A stretch of DNA of 13,671 bases. Origin: Candidatus Thorarchaeota archaeon (lineage in GTDB: Archaea > Asgardarchaeota > Thorarchaeia > Thorarchaeales > Thorarchaeaceae). The stretch spans positions 1 to 13,671 of the forward strand of contig JBHLQM010000019.1 in assembly GCA_048884785.1 (NCBI GenBank), written 5' to 3'. The translations under genes were made by a program, and so were the position numbers. The notes beneath the pieces were generated by a model. It was not told the origin of the DNA and did not search any database. It saw only the letters and a list, made by a program, of their open reading frames with translations. The first letter of the stretch is position 1. The number at the start of each line of letters is the position of its first letter. Below are positions 6,867 to 13,671 of this stretch, one piece after another.

Positions 6867-7526
6867 CTATTCAGAGTCTTCTTTCTTCTTCTCGGTACCT
6901 CGTCGAAGCCTAGCTCGCCTTGCCTTGACTTCTTCAGGACCCTTTAGCACCTTGCTCTTTCGAATCTCGCACTCACGAATTGGGAGTATCTTCTTTACTT
7001 CCTCTCGAACTTCTGAGGCAAGTTCGCCAAGAACTACCTTCGTAACCAATTCATCAAATACGTGTTTCTTTGCATGGGTACGGATGACTTTCTCAATAGC
7101 CTTTCTGACAGAATGTTCCTGACTTGTCTTTGCACGCGAATTCGTAAAGACAATCACCGAGATCCGCATGAGATAATCGTCCTTTGTAAGAATTGGCCCT
7201 ATCCAATCAATCCTTGAAGTACCTCTTCTCACTAAACCACGGAGATAATCAGAACTCCACTCATGTCCATGAAATACAGTGTTTGCCTGTTGACCGGCTA
7301 TTTCCAGAACTTTAAACCTCAATTTGACATGGATTTGGTCAAAATTACCAGTAAGATCGTAGAGCGTGGGGGTTACTGTACGTCCAATCAGAAGGTCAGG
7401 ATTACCTGCAGGGGTGCTACCGATTTCTTTACTCTCAAAGTAATATGGTGAAACAATCTGATACCAGATTTTCTCTTTCCATTTATCTCTAGTACGGGCC
7501 GCTGCTTGCCGACTCTTTGATGACAT
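6867..7526 (-). CDS. rps3ae: 30S ribosomal protein eS1 (S3Ae), 219 aa
   Basis: RDKWKEK.WY, GRT...TLYDLTG, F.GHE...DYLR.LVRRGTSRID, KKI.P.R..EIRKSKVL. Confidence 0.97.
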   Translation of the reverse strand: MSSKSRQAAARTRDKWKEKIWYQIVSPYYFESKEIGSTPAGNPDLLIGRTVTPTLYDLTGNFDQIHVKLRFKVLEIAGQQANTVFHGHEWSSDYLRGLVRRGTSRIDWIGPILTKDDYLMRISVIVFTNSRAKTSQEHSVRKAIEKVIRTHAKKHVFDELVTKVVLGELASEVREEVKKILPIRECEIRKSKVLKGPEEVKARRARLRRGTEKKKEDSE

Positions 7527-7577
7527 TAGATACTCACGCTCTGTTATACGATAGTGGATGACAATCTAAAGAATGTC

Positions 7578-7595
7578 TTCTGCCCTCGGGCAGAA
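7578..7595. repeat. perfect 8-bp inverted repeat upstream of rps3ae
   Basis: TTCTGCCC-TC-GGGCAGAA. Confidence 0.8.
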
Positions 7596-7627
7596 CCATT
7601 GGGACTTGGCCGACTTTCTATGGTCCG

Positions 7628-7642
7628 AATAAAAACGTTGTG
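7628..7642 (-). promoter_or_regulatory. putative BRE/TATA promoter for rps3ae
   Basis: Minus strand CACAACG-TTTTTATT about 100 nt upstream of the rps3ae ATG. Confidence 0.4.
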
Positions 7643-7967
7643 ACATGGATGAAAGTGAAGAGCTCCTGAGTTTCCTAGAAGTTGTATGAGGATTTTTACG
7701 ACCTGCATTGGTAATATCTAGCATTATTTCAATTGACCAGCAAAATCCTTTTTACTCGTCAATGCAGTATGTACTCTAGGCTCATACCGAATGCCCCGTT
7801 TAGATGGTATGCCATTTCCTTGTTTTATCCAAAACCTTTTATTTCCACAAAAAGGCGTTCGAATGCTCAGCAGAACCGCTTCCCGTTCATGCATGACCAT
7901 ATGTAGCACTCTACACGATGTTTGCGACAGCCCACAGAATGCCATGTATGGTTATTTAATGCGCAAA

Positions 7968-8044
7968 GGGCTCGTGGCGCAGCTAGGTAGCGCAGCAGGC
8001 TTTTAACCTGAGGGTCGCGGGTTCAAATCCCGCCGAGCCCGCCA
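7968..8044 (+). tRNA. tRNA-Lys(TTT), intronless, CCA encoded
   Basis: Acceptor GGGCTCG/CGAGCCC, D stem GCGC/GCGC, anticodon arm GCAGG-CTTTTAA-CCTGA (anticodon 8002-8004), T arm GCGGG-TTCAAAT-CCCGC, discriminator G8041, CCA 8042-8044. Confidence 0.98.
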
Positions 8045-8091
8045 CGTTCCTTTGGCTGGCATGGAGAGAAGACGGTTGTGTCGAGTAAAAC

Positions 8092-8185
8092 ACGGGGCGG
8101 CTAGTGCGGTTACATGAGCAGACTCGGATTTTCTGGGTTATGCTATGGGAAGCGATAATGGCTGCAGTAGTTACCCCGTCCCATA
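8092..8185 (+). ncRNA. putative structured RNA element (rpoB leader or tRNA-cotranscribed ncRNA), family unknown
   Basis: 8092-8112 pairs with 8159-8179 at 19 of 21 positions, 5 of them G.U. It encloses a further hairpin at 8113-8147 and an 11-nt purine-rich bulge at 8148-8158. Confidence 0.65.
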
Positions 8186-8205
8186 CTCCTCAAGGGTGTA
8201 GCTCA

Positions 8206-11200
8206 ATGTCGGAATTGAAAGAAAGACAGAAGTATTGGCCTGTGATTGAATCATACTTCTCAGAGAAAGGATTAGTAGGCCAGCATCTCGATTCATTTAA
8301 CAGATTTGTAAGAGAGGAATTACAGCATGTAGTAGACAGTGTCGGGAGGCTAAATCCCAAGGTCGAAGGATACTTTGTCGATCTTGGTGAAATTACAGTC
8401 ATGCCTCCATCAGTCAGGGAGGCAGATGGAAGTGAACATCCACTCTATCCAAATGAAGCTCGAATTAGGAACCTCACTTATGCCAGCAAGTTGTTCCTAG
8501 ATATGACACCGGTACGTCAGGAAGGATCGGTCACCACACGACTCGAAACCATGCGAATCTATATTGGTGACCTGCCTATCATGCTTCGCAGTGAGAAGTG
8601 TCTACTATATGCAATGAGTAATGATGAACTTATCAAACATGGTGAAGACCCCGGTGATCCTGGTGGTTACTTCATCATCAATGGTTCAGAACGTGTTTTA
8701 GTCACTCAAGAGGATTTGGCGCCTAATAGGATACTAATAGAAGAAGCCAGTAAGAGCTCAAGCTACACCCACATTGGCAAAGTCTTCTCAACATCCCGCG
8801 GATTTCGCGCGCCAGTCACCATTGAGAGAAAGCGTACCGGAGAACTTCGTGTGTCATTCCCATCTGTGCCGGGCAAAATTCCACTTGCCATTCTCATGAA
8901 GTCCCTTGGTCTTGAGTCAGACCGAGATATCGCGGAAGTAATCTCTGACGACGAAGAGATTCGAAATGAGCTCATCGTAACCATTGAGCAAGCCGCACCT
9001 ATCAATGTAGGTCGTGAAGAAGAAGAAGACGCGTCAACAAAAGTGAATGCACTGGATTTCATTGGTAAGAGAGTTGCAGTAGGACAGACAAAGGAATACA
9101 GGCTCGCTCGTGCCGAGAAGGTTCTAGACAGATATCTTCTCCCACACATCGGCACTGAAGATAAGCACCGTCTGCAGAAAGCATACTATCTTGGACAGAT
9201 GGTTGAGCGTCTGCTTGAACTAGTACTTAGCAAGCGTTCAGCGGATGATAAGGACCACTACTCTAACAAACGGCTCAAACTGTCAGGAGACCTTCTCATG
9301 TCCCTATTCAGGGTGGCACTATATTCTCTAACAAGAGATATCAAATACCAGCTTGAACGTACAGCTGTTCGTGGTCGCAAACCAAACATCCGCACTGCAG
9401 TAAGAGCAGATGTAATTACACAACGGCTCAAGCATGCACTAGCAACCGGCAACTGGGTTGGTGGAAAAGCCGGTGTTTCCCAGCTACTAGATCGAACTAA
9501 CTACATCTCATCACTATCCCATCTCAGACGAGTTGTATCTCCTCTATCACGCTCACAACCCCACTTTGAGGCACGAGACCTTCATTCCACACACTGGGGT
9601 AAGATTTGTCCCAATGAAACTCCTGAAGGACCTAATTGTGGACTCGTCAAGAATATCGCGATGATGGCCTACATCTCCGTAGGTACCGAAGAGGATGCCG
9701 TAGAACGTGCCCTCTACAAAGCCGAAGTAGAGTCTATTGAGAAACTGAGAGGTAAACGTGGAGCAAAGTGGGCGGATGTATTTCTTAACGGACGCCTTGT
9801 TGGAGTTCATCCCGCTCCTCAGGTACTCGCAAAGACAATCAGACAGAAACGTCGAGCCGGAGAGCTCGATTCTGAGGTCAACATTTGCTACTATGAGGAT
9901 ACCAATGAAGTACAGATTAATAGTGATGCGGGCAGGGTAAGACGTCCTGTTATTGTGGTTGAAAACGGAAAGAGCCGACTCACTGACGAACACCTACGAA
10001 TGATCACGGATGGAGAGTGGACTTTCACTGACCTGTTAAGGAATGGGATTGTTGAATACTTGGATGCAGAGGAGGAGGAAAACACACTCATTGCTATGAG
10101 TCCAGAGTATATTGGTCCCAAGACCACACATCTTGAGATTGTACCATCCACAATCCTCGGAATCTCTGCAGCACTGATTCCATTCCCTGAGCGAAACCAG
10201 TCACCACGTAATGTTTACATGGCCGGAATGGCAAAACAATCAGTTGGAGTCCCGCCTGCAAACTTCAAGTTCCGAGCTGATACTCGGTCACACTTCTTCC
10301 ACTATCCGCAAGTTCCACTGGTCAAGACACGAGCCATGGATTCAATTGGATTTGAGGAACGACCTGCGGGGCAAAACTTTGTTGTAGCAATCCTTTCCTT
10401 TGAGGGGTACAACATTGAAGATGCGCTCATTATGAACAAGGCCTCTATCGAACGAGGTCTTGGACGAAGTACTTTTGCACGAGTGTATGAGAGTGAAGAA
10501 CGCAAGTATCCTGGTGGTCAAGAGGACCGTTTTGAAATTCCTGATAGAAGCGTTCGAGGTTATCGTGCATCAGAGTCTTACAGAAACCTTGGCGAAGATG
10601 GAGTAATCGAAACCGAAGTAGAGGTGCAGGGAGGCGATGTTCTCATTGGTAGAACCTCTCCACCCCGATTTCTGGAAGAATATTCGGAGTTTGAGATTGC
10701 TTCACCCAACCGTCGTGAAACATCAGTAGCTGTGCGCCATGGTGAGGCTGGTGTTGTCGATAGTGTAATCCTTACAGAAACCATTGACGGAAATAGGCTC
10801 GTAAAGGTAAAAGTCCGAGACCTTAGAATTCCTGAACTTGGTGACAAGTTTGCTTCTCGTCATGGTCAGAAAGGAGTTGTTGGCTATCTTGTTCCACAAC
10901 AGGACTGTCCGTTCACAGAAGATGGCGTTGTCCCTGACTTGATCATCAACCCACATGCCATTCCTAGCCGAATGACCATGGGACAAATCCTAGAGATGGT
11001 CGCAGGCAAAGCCGGTTCAATGGTCGGGAAACAGCAAGATGCAACTCCATTCTGTGGTGTGACCGAAGAGGAGCTATTCCAAGCGCTCACAAAGCATGGT
11101 TTCAAGTACAATGGCCGTGAAACAATGTATTCAGGTATCACTGGCCAGAAACTACTCACAGACATTTTTGTTGGTGTCATCTACTATCAGCGTCTACACC

Positions 11201-11577
11201 ATATGGTGGCAGACAAGATTCACGCACGAGCTCGCGGTCCTGTTCAAATTCTAACAAGACAGCCCACTGAAGGTCGTGCTCGTGAAGGTGGTCTGAGATT
11301 CGGCGAGATGGAGCGTGACGTGCTTATTGGACACGGCGCAGCAATTCTCCTGAAGGGCAGACTACTTGACGAGTCTGATAAGAGCAACATGCTGGTCTGT
11401 GAGGAATGTGGCCTCATAGGTGTTTACGACAGAAACCGTGACGCCTACTATTGTCCAATATGCGGCACTGGTTCGAAAATTAGCAGTGTCGTGGTATCAT
11501 ACGCATTCAAGCTTCTCATACAAGAAATGATGTCATTAGGCTTGGCCACTAGGCTGCGGCTTAAGGAGATGATCTAA
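8206..11577 (+). CDS. rpoB: DNA-directed RNA polymerase subunit B (Rpo2), unsplit, 1123 aa
   Basis: [69 protein letters not shown] and a C-terminal CxxC...CxxC. ATG 8206 has SD-like AGGGTG at 8193-8198. Confidence 0.98.
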   Translation: MSELKERQKYWPVIESYFSEKGLVGQHLDSFNRFVREELQHVVDSVGRLNPKVEGYFVDLGEITVMPPSVREADGSEHPLYPNEARIRNLTYASKLFLDMTPVRQEGSVTTRLETMRIYIGDLPIMLRSEKCLLYAMSNDELIKHGEDPGDPGGYFIINGSERVLVTQEDLAPNRILIEEASKSSSYTHIGKVFSTSRGFRAPVTIERKRTGELRVSFPSVPGKIPLAILMKSLGLESDRDIAEVISDDEEIRNELIVTIEQAAPINVGREEEEDASTKVNALDFIGKRVAVGQTKEYRLARAEKVLDRYLLPHIGTEDKHRLQKAYYLGQMVERLLELVLSKRSADDKDHYSNKRLKLSGDLLMSLFRVALYSLTRDIKYQLERTAVRGRKPNIRTAVRADVITQRLKHALATGNWVGGKAGVSQLLDRTNYISSLSHLRRVVSPLSRSQPHFEARDLHSTHWGKICPNETPEGPNCGLVKNIAMMAYISVGTEEDAVERALYKAEVESIEKLRGKRGAKWADVFLNGRLVGVHPAPQVLAKTIRQKRRAGELDSEVNICYYEDTNEVQINSDAGRVRRPVIVVENGKSRLTDEHLRMITDGEWTFTDLLRNGIVEYLDAEEEENTLIAMSPEYIGPKTTHLEIVPSTILGISAALIPFPERNQSPRNVYMAGMAKQSVGVPPANFKFRADTRSHFFHYPQVPLVKTRAMDSIGFEERPAGQNFVVAILSFEGYNIEDALIMNKASIERGLGRSTFARVYESEERKYPGGQEDRFEIPDRSVRGYRASESYRNLGEDGVIETEVEVQGGDVLIGRTSPPRFLEEYSEFEIASPNRRETSVAVRHGEAGVVDSVILTETIDGNRLVKVKVRDLRIPELGDKFASRHGQKGVVGYLVPQQDCPFTEDGVVPDLIINPHAIPSRMTMGQILEMVAGKAGSMVGKQQDATPFCGVTEEELFQALTKHGFKYNGRETMYSGITGQKLLTDIFVGVIYYQRLHHMVADKIHARARGPVQILTRQPTEGRAREGGLRFGEMERDVLIGHGAAILLKGRLLDESDKSNMLVCEECGLIGVYDRNRDAYYCPICGTGSKISSVVVSYAFKLLIQEMMSLGLATRLRLKEMI

Positions 11578-11578
11578 G

Positions 11579-13671
11579 ATGATGGTGAGTACCACCAAAA
11601 AGATTGACGAGATTGAGTTCGGACTCCTCTCGCCCGACGATATACGAAAGATGTCAGTTGCACAGATAGTTGTAGCAGATACTTACGACGAGGATGGCTA
11701 CCCAATTGAGAGTGGCATTATGGACCCCCGACTCGGAGTCATTGACCCTGGTCAGCGGTGCAGGACCTGTGGAAACAGAGTTGGCAACTGTCCTGGCCAT
11801 TTTGGTCACATTGAGCTTGCTCGTCCTGTGATGCATGCTGGCTATGCCAAAGTCATTCACAAAGTCTTGCGAGCAATTTGCAGAGAATGTAACAGAGTTC
11901 TACTGACCGAAGAAGAGATTGAGCATTTCAATCGGCTATTCAAACGATATCCAGATATTGGCCAGAAGACTGCAAACCTCTCCAAGGAGATACTGAAGAG
12001 AGCTGCAAAAACAAAGACCTGCCCCCACTGTGAAGCCGAACAGCTTAAACTCAAACTCGAGAAGCCCACGTCTATCTATGAAGTGGGTGAGGCTGGTTCC
12101 GTTCGCCTGACACCAATCGATATTCGTGCACGTCTTGAGAACATCTCTGATGACGACTATCAGCTTCTGGGCATTAATCCTAGTGCAGCACGACTTGAGT
12201 GGTCTATTCTCACGGTGCTCGCAGTTCCACCAGTCACAGTTAGGCCTTCAATCACCCTTGAGTCTGGTGTACGCAGTGAAGATGATTTGAGTCACAAACT
12301 CATTGATATAATTCGTATCAACCAACGCTTGCGAGAGAACTTGGAAGCTGGTGCACCACAACTCATCGTTGAAGATCTCTGGGAGCTACTTCAGTACCAT
12401 ACAACAACATATTTCGACAATGGAGTGAGTGGCATTCCGCCAGCGAGACACAGGTCTGGTAGGGCACTTAGAACGCTTGCCCAGCGACTAAAGGGTAAGG
12501 AGGGCCGCTTCCGGTCAAATCTATCAGGCAAGCGTGTAGATTTCTCAGCACGTACAGTCATTTCACCCGACCCAAATCTAAGCATGAATGAAGTCGGTGT
12601 GCCTGAACAGATTGCCACTATCCTCACAATCCCAGAACGCGTCACAGAATGGAACTTGGAAAAAATGAAAGAATTAGTCATCCGTGGTCCCGATAGGCAC
12701 CCTGGATGCAACTATCTCATTCGAAGCGATGGACGGCGTGTTGACCTTCGGTTTGTTAAGGATCGCACAATTATTGCAGATACAATCGAACCAGGTTTCA
12801 TTGTAGAACGGCATCTGGATAACGGAGATATGGTTCTTTTCAATCGACAGCCATCTCTTCACAGAATGTCAATCATGGCTCATGAGGTGAGAGTGATGCC
12901 ATACAGGACATTCAGACTGGCACTCTATGTCTGTCCTCCATATAATGCAGACTTTGATGGCGATGAAATGAATCTCCATGTGCCACAGTCTGAAGAGGCA
13001 CGTGCAGAAGCACGAGTGCTCATGCGCGTCCAAGAGCAGATTCTATCCCCACGATATGGTGGCCCAATTATTGGAGCACTACAAGACTATATCTCTGCAG
13101 CATTTCTCCTTACGAGGAAATCAAGCCTGTACACACTGAACCAAGTGAATCAGTTGACTGCTGTAACCGGATTTGCCGGAGAGATTCCAGAGCCTGCTAT
13201 CAAGGCACCTATACCTCTCTGGACTGGAAAGCAAATCTTCAGTCTATTCATTCCGAAGGGAATCAATATCTCCTTCAAGGCAAACGTCTGCAGAAAATGC
13301 CAAGTCTGTACCCTAGAAGACTGCCCGTATGACTCATACGTGGTAGTTCGTGATGGAGAACTTCTCTTAGGGGTTGTAGATGAGAAAGCCTTTGGTGCAG
13401 GTGAGCCTGATTCGTTATTCCACCGAATCATCAAGGAGAAGGGTTCAACAGCGGCAAGAATCTTCATGGATTCTGTTGGCAGACTACTTATTCGTCTCAT
13501 CACAGACAGAGGGTTCACAATGGGTCTGAACGATGTGACTCTCCCACGTGAAGCACAGGAACGTATCAAGATTATTCTGGAAGACGCCGATAACAAGGTG
13601 AATCAGCTCATTGAAACATACAAACGGGGCGAACTAGATCCCAACCCAGGTCAGACGCTCCTAGAAACACT
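11579..13671 (+). CDS. rpoA1: DNA-directed RNA polymerase subunit A' (Rpo1N, or N-terminal part of a fused Rpo1), 3'-truncated by the window
   Basis: Absent from the ORF track because it runs off the edge. I translated it from ATG 11579 (or 11582) with no stop over 697 codons: CRTC...CPGHFGHIEL, GKEGRFRSNLSGKRVDFSARTV, NRQPSLH, and catalytic NADFDGD at 12944-12964. Confidence 0.98.
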   Translation, partial: MMVSTTKKIDEIEFGLLSPDDIRKMSVAQIVVADTYDEDGYPIESGIMDPRLGVIDPGQRCRTCGNRVGNCPGHFGHIELARPVMHAGYAKVIHKVLRAICRECNRVLLTEEEIEHFNRLFKRYPDIGQKTANLSKEILKRAAKTKTCPHCEAEQLKLKLEKPTSIYEVGEAGSVRLTPIDIRARLENISDDDYQLLGINPSAARLEWSILTVLAVPPVTVRPSITLESGVRSEDDLSHKLIDIIRINQRLRENLEAGAPQLIVEDLWELLQYHTTTYFDNGVSGIPPARHRSGRALRTLAQRLKGKEGRFRSNLSGKRVDFSARTVISPDPNLSMNEVGVPEQIATILTIPERVTEWNLEKMKELVIRGPDRHPGCNYLIRSDGRRVDLRFVKDRTIIADTIEPGFIVERHLDNGDMVLFNRQPSLHRMSIMAHEVRVMPYRTFRLALYVCPPYNADFDGDEMNLHVPQSEEARAEARVLMRVQEQILSPRYGGPIIGALQDYISAAFLLTRKSSLYTLNQVNQLTAVTGFAGEIPEPAIKAPIPLWTGKQIFSLFIPKGINISFKANVCRKCQVCTLEDCPYDSYVVVRDGELLLGVVDEKAFGAGEPDSLFHRIIKEKGSTAARIFMDSVGRLLIRLITDRGFTMGLNDVTLPREAQERIKIILEDADNKVNQLIETYKRGELDPNPGQTLLET

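Noticed and set aside
7724-8006. 73-aa and 71-aa ORFs in the spacer before tRNA-Lys
   Set aside because: No family resemblance (not RpoH); one runs into the tRNA.
8113-8158. SECIS element (ATGA...GAT)
   Set aside because: No GA directly opposite the AUGA, the apical loop is U-rich instead of AA, and no called gene in the window has an in-frame TGA.
8104-8205. 34-aa N-terminal extension of RpoB
   Set aside because: Not RpoB-like, coincides with the RNA hairpin, and the SD supports ATG 8206.
13289-13324. CxxCxxCxxxxC cluster in RpoA'
   Set aside because: Corresponds to a known metal-binding insertion of archaeal Rpo1N; not novel.
1-13671. CRISPR arrays, transposases, integrases at the tRNAs, inteins
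   Set aside because: No repeat-spacer periodicity, no duplicated tRNA 3' end, no mobile-element ORFs, and the RNAP subunits show no large insertions.

Overview
Archaeal core-genome window made up of information-processing genes; no mobile DNA is seen. An unsplit RpoB and the overall gene content fit TACK/Asgard, and Asgard (e.g. Thorarchaeia) is my best guess, which I have not verified. In order: a minus-strand tRNA-Asp(GTC) with two introns, cut by the left edge; an Sm/LSm gene; a plus-strand cluster kae1-bud32-rps15(uS15)-[GAN/Cdc45-like DHH protein with degenerate catalytic motifs]-pcc1; a block FAU-1(-), UPF0147(-), UPF0148/SSSCA1-like Zn ribbon(+), rps3ae(-) that looks inverted relative to the usual archaeal order; tRNA-Lys(TTT); a strongly structured ~95-nt non-coding element where rpoH normally sits; rpoB; and rpoA'/rpo1 running off the right edge. 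The most interesting signals are the G-U-rich long hairpin with an alternative fold upstream of rpoB, the tRNA-Asp intron that is antisense to its own exon, and the apparently catalytically dead GAN/Cdc45 ortholog.
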